A DNA stretch of 64,000 bases from Alloascoidea hylecoeti (lineage: Eukaryota). Positions 13,662 through 25,636 of the stretch are shown piece by piece. Position numbers and translations under genes: made by a program. The stretch covers positions 124,001-188,000 of the forward strand of contig BCKZ01000012.1 of assembly GCA_001600815.1 (NCBI GenBank), in the 5' to 3' direction. Every line of letters begins with the position of its first letter. Positions within the stretch are counted from its first letter, which is position 1. The notes beneath the pieces are model-generated. The model made no database searches, was not told the origin of the DNA, and was given only the letters and a program-made list of their open reading frames with translations.

Positions 13662-16581
13662 ATGAACTCCATTTATGATTTAGACGAGAAGATTCGGAAC
13701 CTTCTAACTCCCGATAATTTCTTGGTACGTCTTTTATATTCTGTTATCAATCTACTCAAGTCTGGTACAATCAACACTTCTAACATATAAACAGGGGGAC
13801 TTTACGGTCAAAGAGTTTGTGGAAGAACTAGGCAAGAATCACGCTTTACCAGAGTATGAGGTCAATTCTCTTGAATGTGAGTATCTTAAAGGAGTTTAAG
13901 CCTTCGGACCGGTCGAGCGACCCTGTTTAGAAAGAAGATTTTAACCTAGAATATAGACCTCGATCCAAAGCCATATATCAGAACATTTGAAGCTACTTTA
14001 CAAGAACTTTCAAAACTAGAGAAAGAAATTGAGGTTAAAAGGAAAAACTTAGAACAAGATGTAGAAAAGTATGATGGGGAACATAATAGAATTGTTTTGA
14101 ATTTGTCACAACGAATAGAGGTATGAATGATACATGTTAGTATTATTTGTAGCAGGTTAAACTAACATTTGATGTTGTTTATAGGGAATTTCCTCTCAGT
14201 TTACAGAATTGACGGATCAAGTTTCTGCAATTTCTTCAAGAACTACTCCATTGGGAGAAAAACTCGAAAAAGTATCGCGATTAAGAGATAGATACAAAGC
14301 TACAACATTTTTAATAAAATGTTACAACTCTTTCCTAAAGTTTCGAACGAGTGAAGAATTAGATAAACTGCGGAAAGGTACACTCTCGGAAAGAAGAAAA
14401 TGTGCTGCGATTGTTCGACAATTATTAACACTTTCTCGAAACATTAATGGGATTGAAAATAGTGAACGATGTAAAAACGATATTAATAAATTTGCAGAGA
14501 TCATGGAAAAGGATTTGCTGGAGCAATTTGGAGCTGGATACAAGGACCTAAACTTGGGGCAAATGGCTGATGCTTCAGATATCCTCACAGATTTTAATGG
14601 TGGTACAAGTGTTGTTCAAATTTACGTTAATAGTCATGAGTTTTTCATGGATGAGAATATGCTTAACGATGCTACCACTGTTGAAAATGAAGCTCTATGG
14701 AATACATTATCGGATCCCGATATTCATACTTATGTTCTTGATGATGATACATTAAAACTCTTGGATAAACTAAGAGATTCATTAGCCGGTGAAGCTCGTG
14801 TTATTGATCAAACATTTAGGGATCCAGCTAATGTATTAGAAGTTTTACTTCAAAGATTATATGCACAGGTTATACAACAAAGACTTGAATTACTGCTAAC
14901 ATCAGCAGAATCGACATCAACGTTAGCTTATATTCGTACATTACACGTAGCTTATTCAAAAATTCATGATTTTACGAATGATGTTAAAGAAATTCTGAAG
15001 AACTATGATGTAACGGGTAATATTAGTCTTTTATTAGATCAGACATTTAATGATCTGTTTGTCTCTTATATAGGAGATGGACGATACTTTGAAAGAGAAA
15101 AGAAAAGCTTAGAAGAAGTATTTTCTTCAATTTTATGGAAATTTAACGAAGCACATGTAAGTTCATGTAAAAGAACAAAAAAATTTGTACAGCAACTAAC
15201 TTTTATTTGATAATTAGCCACAAGCTAGAACATTGAAAGATAAACCTCTGATATCAAGAGTCTCGCAAAATGGACATTATTATCAATCGGACCATGCTGT
15301 CATGACAGAAAGTGGTGGTAGATTTACACAACTCAGTCAAATGATGAGAAAGAAAAACAAACTCCAAGATGGTGAAAATATAGATGCCAAAGAGCACGAA
15401 TCAGCATTAGACGTCAATGATGTTAGCAAAATGTTAATGGCCGTAGTTGAATCCATATCGCGTGTCATTGAACTAACCGCAAACCATGTTGCTATTAACG
15501 GTTTAGCATTACTGGAAATTTTGATTGAAGGATCAGGTAAATCATATATTGATTTGGGATTAGAATTGGCTTATACAAATGTCCATCAAGATACCCGAAC
15601 AGATATAAACTTATTTTATCTTCAAACGGTTGATAGAGTTGGTGGTTTACTATATTTGATTTCAAATACTATCAGTACTGTTATATTACCATTAGCAGCC
15701 GGTCAAGCTGAAATCAGGAAAAAAATGGCTGATACCATTAATGGGTACTTATTCAAAACCGAATCGGCCGTTACTATTCTCCTTAAGGAGACCATCGAAA
15801 GTAAGCATTTTTTTAATTTTTGTCCTTTGCTCATAAATAAATTTACAATTTTAACCAATTATACCAAATAGTGTGCTTAAATAAAGTCACAAATGCCCTT
15901 TTAAAACAAAAAAAGAAGGATTTCAATGCCAAATCGGGTGATGCCATTGAGGATGATACTGAGGCTTGCGAAGAAACGGCCTGGATTATGAGCGTTATAA
16001 ACACTGAAGCAAGAAAAGCTCTTAATGGCGATAACTTGGAGAGATTCTTGAAAGAAGTTGGAGCAGGCATTAAAAACCTACTTTTGGAGCATTTCAAGAA
16101 GTTTCAAGTTAGTCCTACCGGTGCTTTGGTGCTGACAAAGTGAGTAAAACTATATTCGTCGTCATATTTTTTATATGAACTAACTTGTTTCTAGGGACGT
16201 CCGACGATATCAAAATTCTATTGATGAATGGGGAATTCAGTCATTAACGGACGACTATGGCATTTTTAGAGAAGTCGCAACTCTTTTCACAGTTCAGTAC
16301 GTACTATGTTATATTTTTTTATTACAATTCAAGCTAACCAGAAAACATAATAATAGATATCAGTTCCTTCCTTCGTTGATTCAAGAAGGGACATTATCTA
16401 AACTTAAGCCTCGTGCAATTAAGGAGTATATCACCAAAAGAGCAGATTCCAATCCAAGTTATGTGGACCGAATGGTAAGTTATTAAGAGATACACATAAA
16501 TTTAAATTTTAAACGACTAACGAAGACTTTTATTATCAGCTCTACTCAACTTCTTTTTCTAACACTCCTAAAGTGTTTTAA
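13662..16581 (+). CDS. SEC10: Exocyst subunit Sec10; 8 introns (13725-13794, 13877-13956, 14121-14184, 15157-15217, 15800-15871, 16140-16194, 16297-16356, 16475-16539)
   Basis: Spliced N-terminus MNSIYDLDEKIRNLLTPDNFLGDFTVKEFVEEL...LDPKPYIRTFE resembles yeast Sec10; C-terminal 'LLLEHFKKFQVS..GAL.LTKD'; frame continuous through all junctions. Confidence 0.92.
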
Positions 16582-16897
16582 AAACAACCTCTTACGTTAC
16601 GTAATAATAATTTATATATAAGAAATTGAGATTTTTGTTTATTTGAATATTCTTTTAAGATTAATACCGGTGTATGGTAAAAGTAAAAATGCATTTCCTG
16701 CAGAACACGCAAAACAAAGATTTTGAAACCAACCCCAGCCGATAATACATCACAGGGCTTGAGAAAATCTAACCCCCCTTAGAAATAATAACACTAACGG
16801 TGTTAAAAAAACACAAATTTCAAACCTCCTTGTTTACTTTTATAAAACTGTTGTAGCATAAAAGGAAATTCTTTCTGGGTAGTTAATATATCCTCAT

Positions 16898-18394
16898 ATG
16901 CTTTCATTGCCTTCAAGTCAAACCCTGATGCCTAGCAGCACCGTCAACGACTTGACCAAATCACCTTCAGGTCTCATTAACCTTCAGTTTCTCCAAAACA
17001 TTCACAAGATACTACGTAGTAGAGATGCCGACAGCGGTCAGCAGTTGTCGCAAGATTTGTTGCCACTGTCGTCGCCCACTACTTCGTTGGACGATGTTGC
17101 CGGTACCAGCAGCAACCACGGGGACGCACGTAGCAATGACACAAATACCAATCGGTCACAAAACAAAAACCCCACTTTAGACGACACTCCAGCATCTCGT
17201 CGAACACGAGCTCATGATAGGGGAAATGATAATATTGAAACAAATAAAGAAACTCCTTTACGTTCCTTAAGGTCTAAAAAATCAACATCTCTTGTTATCG
17301 AGGAATCTCCCGAATCAGAACACGATGGTAATGATAAGGATAAAAGGCGGTTTCGGTCTCAAGACAAACTAAAATCAACCTTCTTTAATTTTGATATGGA
17401 AAATGAACAAAAGAAAGTTCCTACTAATGTCCCGTTTCATGTTATGAACAATAGAAAGTTTATCACTACTGGTAGCGGAACGGAAGTACCACCTATTGTG
17501 CTTCCGGTAAACTTGAAGAAAACAAATATACTGCTAAAAGTTGAGGATTGTGAGGAAACAAATACTAATGACCCATTGTCAGAAAGTACTTTTCAAACAT
17601 ATCATAGAAAAATGGAAAGAGATGAAAATAGAATGAAGGAAATTGAAAAAGGTACCATCTACAGTGATGTTGAAAAATTAGAAGATTATAGGTATAAATT
17701 ATCCCTTCCGGATTGGCCAAGAAGTCTATCATCCGTCACGAGCATTAATAATCCCCGGGATAAGCATGAACTTGAATGGAAAAAGAAACGAACAATCGAG
17801 GAAATTGATTCTTTTCTTACCAAATTGAACCGGTTGGAAAAGAAGAGGAAATGGTTCAAAGCCTACAGGTTGAAGGATGATGAAGATGATGATCTGACAG
17901 TTAATGAAGATGATAATGCAACAACAGATGAAGAAGATGTGGAGGAAGATGCTTATGAAATTGAAATTGATAATGAGGAGAAAGAAGATATTAAAAAGAA
18001 GAAAATCAAACGTAAGGCTTCTAGAAAAAATTTAAACAAAAATGAATTTTATAACTCAATTAAAAGGTTAAAAATTATACTAACACCACCTGCTGTTCCT
18101 ATTACTCGTAAAGAAAGGAAGCCGCGGCAGTATAGATCCAAACCCATCATTATTACCATCCCCGCCCCGAAAGAGAAAAAGAGTGACACGAAGATCCAAA
18201 TAGAATCACCTGAATCATTGAAAACTCTTAAAATTAAAAGAAAAAGATCTGATATTCGGCTTCATTTTGGTGAAGAAACGTTCCCTATATTAGATGAATC
18301 GAATCCTATAGATTTTGATATCCCAAATGATTGGAAAAGGCACTTAAAGAAACGTCGAATAGCTAAAAAAATGGTAAATTATAAGGATGCATAA
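16898..18394 (+). CDS. SAS4: SAS acetyltransferase complex subunit Sas4-like
   Basis: Sas4-domain motif 'DPLSES.FQTYHRKMERDE.RM..IEK', followed by 'DW...L..VT.INNP.DK.ELE.KK..TIEEI..FL.K'. Confidence 0.8.
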   Translation: MLSLPSSQTLMPSSTVNDLTKSPSGLINLQFLQNIHKILRSRDADSGQQLSQDLLPLSSPTTSLDDVAGTSSNHGDARSNDTNTNRSQNKNPTLDDTPASRRTRAHDRGNDNIETNKETPLRSLRSKKSTSLVIEESPESEHDGNDKDKRRFRSQDKLKSTFFNFDMENEQKKVPTNVPFHVMNNRKFITTGSGTEVPPIVLPVNLKKTNILLKVEDCEETNTNDPLSESTFQTYHRKMERDENRMKEIEKGTIYSDVEKLEDYRYKLSLPDWPRSLSSVTSINNPRDKHELEWKKKRTIEEIDSFLTKLNRLEKKRKWFKAYRLKDDEDDDLTVNEDDNATTDEEDVEEDAYEIEIDNEEKEDIKKKKIKRKASRKNLNKNEFYNSIKRLKIILTPPAVPITRKERKPRQYRSKPIIITIPAPKEKKSDTKIQIESPESLKTLKIKRKRSDIRLHFGEETFPILDESNPIDFDIPNDWKRHLKKRRIAKKMVNYKDA

Positions 18395-20338
18395 TTGATA
18401 TAAAAATCATTTTCAAAGAAGTCAATGCTATACAATAAATGTATTATTATATTTGCTTACAAATTTGTTTAATTTACACGTGATATAATACTTTCAGAAT
18501 TTTTAATCGATGACTTACAATTGGAATTATCCTCTATACAAGCATATTATACTGTTTTAAAAGTTCAATTTCATGTACTTATTTTTTTCATCCATGTTGT
18601 TCTTTTTTGTTTATTTAATTATTTATTTATTTATTGCTCTTCCTCATATATACATACCAGCCTAATTTTTTAAATCTGGTGAATATGCAATAATAATAAT
18701 ATAACAGTACTGGAGTATGTATAAATTTTTATATAGACTATAAGTTATAACTGTATAATGATAACTATAGCTGTAACATTAATCTATAATATAACTGAGT
18801 CATAATATGATGTTCGATGCTTGTAACACGATATATAGCTAGTTAATTATAATTAATTATAATTTTCATTATCAATTGGAGTCATAACCGGTATTTAAAT
18901 GCTTATGTAGATTCTAATTCAGCCGCAATCTAGAAAAAAAAATGTTTCAGCATCTTTTAAAATTGAAATTATTATATGCTATAGCAAGTTCATGATCACA
19001 ATATTGTGGAATCAAATGTATTACCCGAACCCGTCGCAAAATCATGATTACATAAGCAATCCGAATATGATTAGTCACACTAAGTTTTACGGAAAAAGAG
19101 ACACTGAAAATGAACAAACTATTTTTCTCCGCGTAAATATTTTGGTCTACAGGAATATGCATACATGCAACTGCACAAATTACCTTATATGGAAGTATAC
19201 CAGTTGTATTTTTTGGCAGATCCGGAAGTATTTAAAGTGTATTTTTTTACACTCATCTAGAAAAGGTAGGTTACACTAGTTTTATGAATGTTATGTTCAA
19301 TGTCCCGTAGGGGTGAAAATTAGATAGTTGAAGTGAGAAAAATGATTAAAGTTCCCTAGGCAGTTATTTAAATTGTGAAGATTGTAGACTATAGTAAAAG
19401 TTGGATAGAATTCCTAAATGAATTGGGTATTAAGGTGTTATGTCATGAACTATAATTTATTATTGATCGCGATCGGGCATAATGTTATTATTCTTCATCT
19501 CCTCCCTATTATCGATGACCATTACCAACTTTGTAATTTGAATATCATCTCTAGGTTTAGTTCTGACTTCTTATTAGCTAGATAAAAGTAGGAATGAATC
19601 ATTTCTAACGCGCCTTCAGGTTTAAATAGATCATGATCGGTTGCTATATTATTGTTAACGTTTTATCATTACTTTCTGTGGTGATTATTAATTAATAACA
19701 AGTAGATTTATACGTTTCTAGATCCCAAATTTATTAATTAATAGAACAACATTTGAAATGTTGTATGCAGTTAATTAAAGGTGTCCGGGAGTAATTAGGT
19801 AATAACATGTTTGTTTAGTACTGGTTGTAAATTTAAACTTTAAGCGTCATGCACACGCCTTTATTTTTTTTTTAGATTAGTGTTATAAATTTTCAATGAA
19901 GATATGCGGGCCCATGTATATTTAATTTCATATTAAGTTTCGAGATTTAGTTTTGTAAACAAAATTCAAAACATATGATTTTTAATAATTTTTAAACAAA
20001 AACTTATAAACAAAAACTTATAATTAATAAAATATATAATAATGAACTAATCAATTAATACTAACGAATTTTAAACGAAACAAACAAATTTTAATCTTAA
20101 TTCAATTTCAATTTCAATTTTAATTTTTTTATTTTTAATATGTATTCTATTTTCCAACAATACCAATATACCTGCACATAAGCAAATTTCAAATAATAAG
20201 GGGTCGAGATACTTTATATATGAGCAAATTGCAAATAATAAAGGGTTGATCTTCCTTTCAGTTTTATAGTAATTTTCCTTTTTCCTTTTTTTTTAAAAAA
20301 AAGCCATATTTTTCAGTTACAATTAATTAGGTTGTAAT

Positions 20339-21727
20339 TTAACTTGAAACTAAGTTAGCAGTAGTACCAGTAAGACTTAACAATTCAGTAATAGCACTTG
20401 AAGTTAAACTAGAAGCAATTTCAAAATCATCATCTAAAACTTGAATTTGGATAAGTTGATCATCACCATTGAAAATAATAGCAGCTTTCATTGTTGATGA
20501 AGTTGGTCTTGCGAAATAATCAGAAGATCCTGCACCACCTGAAGATCCAGTAGCACCTTGAGAATCATGGATATGAGAAATCAATTTTGAAGAACCAGAT
20601 GATACAATTTCAAAAGCATCTAATTCACCACAACCAGATGACCAACATGAACATGAAGAATCACCATATTGTAAAGTTCTTGGGATTTGGGCATTTAATA
20701 ACCAAATAGCTGGCATATCGTAATTAGTTGTTGAAGAAGAAGAAGAAGAATCAGTTGGCATTTGGAATTCAAAAACAAACATCTTAGTATCACCTCCAAA
20801 TCCGTGATAAGCTGGAATGTCATCTCTATAGTATCCACATCCAGTTTCAGTTTCACAAGAAGTATCAGAAAAGATAATGAATTCAACATCAGAAGCAACA
20901 GTAACATCATCCAATACAACTGATTCTGAAGCACCAGTTGTACCATCAGTATTACAGTAAGATAAAGAGTTACCGAAACATGTAGACCAGGTACCTGATC
21001 CATTGGTTCCACCTAAAGTATTCAAGAAAACAAGACCATCAGAAGTACCAGAAGACGCGTCGTAGTAAGCAGATCTGGTCCAGCCAGAACCTGAGGATGA
21101 AGAGGTGGAAGAAGATGCGGCTGAAGAAGAAGATTTAGTAGAAGATGCAGCAGAAGATTCAGCAGAAGCAGCAGAAGAAGAGGCTTCAGCAGAGGTATAG
21201 TATTCAGTTGAGGATGAAGGTGGAATATAGGTTGAGGAAGTTGAGGCTACGGATGAAGTAGTTTCTGCGGCATCAGCAGTAACGGTGACACCATCGGCAT
21301 TAACATAAACGGTTTGGGTTACTTCGACGACCTGTGTAACAACAGCTTCCGCCTCTCTCTTATGACGGTGATGTCCATGGAATCCCTCCAAAGCTACGTC
21401 ACCTTCCAATAAGACGTCTCTCTTTGATTTCGAAGAGGACTGCTGGTAAACAGCGAACTGCTTCAAGTTAATTGGACCTCTGAAGTGGACGGAGAGTTCT
21501 TCGTCGAGAGGAGCCAAGTTACCGGAGAATGAGTAAGAGGAAGACGAGCAGGAACAGGAGGAGTCGTCCATGCTTGAGATTTTGTCGTAGGATCCCGAGA
21601 AACCAATACTCTCATATTTGATGACGGAGGCTTCTGAGCAGTAGTAGGTTCCGTCTACCTGGGAGCAGCTGGAAGCAAGGGACCCGCCGGCCATCGACAA
21701 GGCAGCAGAGAGAAGGGTCAATTTCAT
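20339..21727 (-). CDS. TOS1: Secreted cell-wall protein of the Tos1/Pga52/YJL171C family
   Basis: Signal peptide; 'GNLAPLDEELSVHFRGPI.LKQFAVY'; KR (Kex2-type) sites; Ser/Thr-rich linker; 'DMPAIWLLNAQIPRTLQYG...CSCW.SGCGE.D.FE'. Confidence 0.9.
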   Translation of the reverse strand: MKLTLLSAALSMAGGSLASSCSQVDGTYYCSEASVIKYESIGFSGSYDKISSMDDSSCSCSSSSYSFSGNLAPLDEELSVHFRGPINLKQFAVYQQSSSKSKRDVLLEGDVALEGFHGHHRHKREAEAVVTQVVEVTQTVYVNADGVTVTADAAETTSSVASTSSTYIPPSSSTEYYTSAEASSSAASAESSAASSTKSSSSAASSSTSSSSGSGWTRSAYYDASSGTSDGLVFLNTLGGTNGSGTWSTCFGNSLSYCNTDGTTGASESVVLDDVTVASDVEFIIFSDTSCETETGCGYYRDDIPAYHGFGGDTKMFVFEFQMPTDSSSSSSTTNYDMPAIWLLNAQIPRTLQYGDSSCSCWSSGCGELDAFEIVSSGSSKLISHIHDSQGATGSSGGAGSSDYFARPTSSTMKAAIIFNGDDQLIQIQVLDDDFEIASSLTSSAITELLSLTGTTANLVSS

Positions 21728-21994
21728 AGTTGTCAGTATTCGAGCGATTGAAAGGAGTGTTGGACTTTGGAAGAAGAGAAAACAGGCGCGCTGCGTGCCT
21801 TTAAGTGGCTTTAAGTGGTTTTAAGTTGCGGGTCCTTTTCCTGCGGCTCCGGGTGCAGAATGCAAACACCCACACGCCCGTGGCTCAGCTCTTCTGCCAA
21901 CACCCACACGCCCGCTCGTTTGCGTGGGCTTAGCTTTTCGCAACGGTTGCCAGGGGTCTTGTGCCAGGGCTGCTAACAGCAGGTATTATATTAT

Positions 21995-22999
21995 CTATTC
22001 TGCTCGCTTCTGCTCGGAGATCAGAGAAATGACCCTCCCGTTCTCCAAGTAACTTTTGATGTTCTCAATCGCAAAAGCCTCCATCGAATTTCTCGCCTGA
22101 ATAGACCTTGTCCCGACATGCGGCAACAGAACCGCTTTCTCGTTCCGCATCAATTCTGGGTGTATTGAAGGCTCATTCTCAAACACATCCAGCCCGACCC
22201 CACCAATCTTGCCGCTTTCTAGCCCTCGAACCAACGCTTCCTCGTCGATGATTGGCCCCCGTGCCGTGTTGATGATAATCACTCCATCTTTCATCCTCCC
22301 AATGCTTTCATCGTTAATTAAATGCTGTGTCGTTGGATTCAGTGGGCAATTCAATGATATCACATCCGCCTTCTCCATCAATTCGTAAAGTCCCATGTAT
22401 CTCGACCCCTTTTCATCTTCCTCCGATAATCGTGATCTATTATAGTAGATGATCTCCTTAAAGCCAAACACCACTGCTCTGTCCCGAACAGTTCTTCCAA
22501 TACCCCCCATCCCAATAATCCCCAAAACTTTCCCCTCGGGATCTTGTCCCATATCTACTCCGTCGACCCATTGTTCTCTTCTCAAATGGATCTCCGCTTG
22601 TCCAAAATTTCTTAAAGCTCCTAACATTAAATAAATACAATTATCTGCCGTTGGCCCATACACTGGTGTTGTAACATTACAAATTTGTATACCTTTTTTA
22701 CTGAACGGCTCAACTGTAATATCATCATATCCAGCTGTTTGTTGAGCAATCACCTTCAAACTATTTGGCAAATTAATTGCAATTTCTTCATCAAAAGGTC
22801 CTGTTATTTTATTTGAAAGAAATGGTCGATAAATTGCTGTTATATTTTTATATTTTCCTTGTAGATCAATAAGAAATTCTGTTCGATTTTGTGAAGTACA
22901 ATACTCAATCGAAGCTAAAGATGATATATCATGAACTTTTTCTAATTCAGAATGTTCATATTGAGTGTTTCCGATGACAAGAATAATATGTTTGACCAT
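21995..22999 (-). CDS. GOR1: Glyoxylate reductase / D-2-hydroxyacid dehydrogenase
   Basis: 'AGYD', Rossmann 'GIIGMGGIG', 'NTARG', 'GLDVFENEP', 'LLPHVG'. Confidence 0.88.
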   Translation of the reverse strand: MVKHIILVIGNTQYEHSELEKVHDISSLASIEYCTSQNRTEFLIDLQGKYKNITAIYRPFLSNKITGPFDEEIAINLPNSLKVIAQQTAGYDDITVEPFSKKGIQICNVTTPVYGPTADNCIYLMLGALRNFGQAEIHLRREQWVDGVDMGQDPEGKVLGIIGMGGIGRTVRDRAVVFGFKEIIYYNRSRLSEEDEKGSRYMGLYELMEKADVISLNCPLNPTTQHLINDESIGRMKDGVIIINTARGPIIDEEALVRGLESGKIGGVGLDVFENEPSIHPELMRNEKAVLLPHVGTRSIQARNSMEAFAIENIKSYLENGRVISLISEQKRAE

Positions 23000-23131
23000 T
23001 TTTCTCTAGATATATAAAACAATATTAATTGCTGTGGATGAGTGATAGATCAACGGAAACGTTAATGTTACCCTGTTCTTTAATTACGTAAACCTTTATC
23101 ATATATTTTTCCTACTTCTTTTTTGAAAATA

Positions 23132-23616
23132 ATGTCTTTCCCTTGTCAAGGCCCATACTTTACAAAATCAATCAAAGATGATTCTGGAGATGAATTAACC
23201 ATAAAAATTATTGGTTACATCGATAAAATCGTTGTTTTGGCATTTGTTAATGATATAATTGATTGTACTGTAAGTTTTTCCCATTCTATCTCAAAATTAA
23301 TTGCAATTTTAACATTTTCATCTTACCATCTTTCTAGTTCAGAATTCCACCAATAAGTCCTTTAATCTTAACATCAGATTCAATTCAACCAATTTGTATA
23401 ATGGGATTACATGGTCCTGATTCAATAATAGCTGAAATAGTAGTATCTGAAATTGGAACACAAGTGATAAAATCTGGAATATTAGGTAATGGTTCATATA
23501 AGGATGATAGAGATTTAATTATATCTTTAGGATCAAGATGGTTTTTAAAAGATAAAGATAAACCAGATATATTTAGGAAAAAATTGAATAAGATTACTAG
23601 TTTATTAAAACAATAA
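23132..23616 (+). CDS. IRC25: Proteasome assembly chaperone Pba3/Irc25 (PAC3)-like, 138 aa; intron 23270-23337
   Basis: A GTAAGT...CTAG intron joins two short ORFs in frame; pattern 'KIVV.AFVN..ID.TF' ... 'DLIISLGSRWF' resembles Irc25. Confidence 0.6.
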
Positions 23617-23742
23617 TCATTGTCAATATTTATGGAATTATGTTATTGAAATAAAATGTAATCATATTGTATGTAAATTGTATTACCTATACGATTCAAT
23701 CATCTCATTTAATATATATAGCAACATCATAATTATGTTTAA

Positions 23743-24679
23743 TTATTTATCTCCTTCTTCAACAACAGACATATCTAATACTTCCAAATGACAAACTACT
23801 TTATTTTTACCAGTTGAAGCTTTTCCAACAATATCAGTCAATTCTCTATATTTCCAAGGATCAATGAAAGCTGTACATTCCCATGAATCATTAGTCCATT
23901 CATCTAGTTCAACTTCATCTAACATATCTTTTAAAGTAGTACTAAGTTGTTTTGTAGGAACTGTAGAAGAAGAAGAAGAAGATGGTGGTTGGTTTATGGA
24001 AAGTTTAACACGCATTTTAGCACGAGCAATTGGGATAATTTGTTTTGAAATTAATAATCTAATAGCCTCTAATGCTTGAGTTTTTGCATTTTTATTTGGA
24101 TTAACATTAAATTTTAATTGTTCTAAAGTTTTTGAAATCATTGATGTTGTATATGGTTTTTTAGTTTTTGGATTAATACATTTTGTACTAATTGTTAATA
24201 AAATTGATTTTGTTAAATTTTTTGTATTTTGTTGTCTTTCTTTTTCACTTAATTGTAATTCACCTTTATTTAAAATTTCTAAAATAATTTTATCATGATC
24301 TGTTGTACCAAAAGCTTTTTTAAGATCATCTGTTGGTGCAACCAAACCTTTTGAAACATTTAAAAAAACTTGTGGGATTTGAAGAACTTCATCAATATCT
24401 TTTTCACTATAGAATAAAATATAATATATATTAGTTGTTTATTATAAGTTAATATGGAAATGGAAAGTTGTGAACTTACACTCCTGACCTCCAATCTTGG
24501 ACTTTATTCTGATAGCATGCTATTTCAAATCTTTTTTTCGCTAATGATTAATAAAATTTAAATCTTAGTATATTATACTCCTTATCAAAATAACAAAAAA
24601 CCTTTAATATACCTTTTCTCATTCGGACATATGAGACATTTGTTAGTTTAATCTGCGTGGAAGGTTGATTTATCTTCAT
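23743..24679 (-). CDS. SDO1: Ribosome maturation factor Sdo1/SBDS; introns 24541-24612, 24407-24479
   Basis: Spliced N-terminus [52 protein letters not shown]; 'KGELQLSEKER', 'AKTQALEAI'. Confidence 0.95.
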
Positions 24680-24780
24680 TGTTTGTATGTGTAACTAAAT
24701 ATATTTTACAGAATTTTATGATATTCAATGAGTCTAAAATGTATTACATAATACCTGACACATCCAGGTCATCCGATCCG

Positions 24781-24820
24781 GAAAATTTAATCACGTGTCA
24801 CGTGTCACGGAGTTACCCTG
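24781..24820. promoter_or_regulatory. SDO1/UPS2 divergent promoter: tandem TCACGTG (Cbf1-type) sites, RRPE-like GAAAATTT, Reb1-like GTTACCCTG
   Basis: gaaaatttaatcacgtgtcacgtgtcacggagttaccctg. Confidence 0.6.
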
Positions 24821-25072
24821 TTCTGCGAGATTAATAAAGGTTTTTTTATTTTTTCCTTCGTGCATATTATAAATAACGCACTCCATTTGTTAATCTTCTC
24901 CTAAGTTTAAATATATTTCTTCTCAGGTTTTCACTCCTCTGACAATCATTACTTGATTTCTATTGCTAGGCAAATAAAGTTCCTCGATCTATTTCTTCAT
25001 CGTCAAAACTACTGCTACTTCTCCGTTCAAAAAAACTTTCTGTTTTTGATACACTTTAAATTTTGTCACACG

Positions 25073-25636
25073 ATGAAAATATTTTCAAATCAATACTTAC
25101 TTGACTACTCCTGGAATCAGGTTTCGGTTGCAAATTGGAAGAAATACCCAAATGAAAAGTCAACTCATGTCGTAGCGGTTGATATCCTACGACGAGAATT
25201 AAATAATGAAACTGGTGTTTTAACAACAGAAAGATTAATCACATGCAAACAAGCAATTCCAAAATGGGTTTTTGCTTTGGTTGGTGGCACCAATATCTCC
25301 TACGTCCGAGAAGTTTCTGAAGTCGATCCAAAAGCTAAATCGGTGGTTATGAGATCAATCAACTTAACAATGTCTAATTTATTAGGTGTTTATGAAATTG
25401 TTACTTATACTCCCGATCCAGAAGACCCAGAAAGGAAAACAATTTTTAAACAAGAGGCACAAATTACGGCTTACGCAAGTATGAGACGAATTTGCAATAA
25501 AATAGAAGAATGGTCAGTGGATCGATTTGGTCATAATGCAAAATTGGGGAAAATTGGATTTGAAAGTGTTTTACAAAAAGTTACTGAAAAAGTTCAAGAA
25601 GGTGTTTTTGGTGATAACCAATTAACTTCTTCATGA
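25073..25636 (+). CDS. UPS2: PRELI/Ups-family mitochondrial lipid transfer protein
   Basis: True start is probably ATG 25073: MKIF..Q...DYSW.QVS.ANW.KYPN..STHV.AVD; 'LTTERLITCKQ.IP.W'; 'NA..GK.GFE.VL'. Confidence 0.92.
   Translation: MKIFSNQYLLDYSWNQVSVANWKKYPNEKSTHVVAVDILRRELNNETGVLTTERLITCKQAIPKWVFALVGGTNISYVREVSEVDPKAKSVVMRSINLTMSNLLGVYEIVTYTPDPEDPERKTIFKQEAQITAYASMRRICNKIEEWSVDRFGHNAKLGKIGFESVLQKVTEKVQEGVFGDNQLTSS

Noticed and set aside
24953..25072. N-terminal extension of the UPS2 ORF from a TTG start
   Set aside because: Family alignment begins at ATG 25073; near-cognate starts in the ORF track are artefacts for a eukaryote
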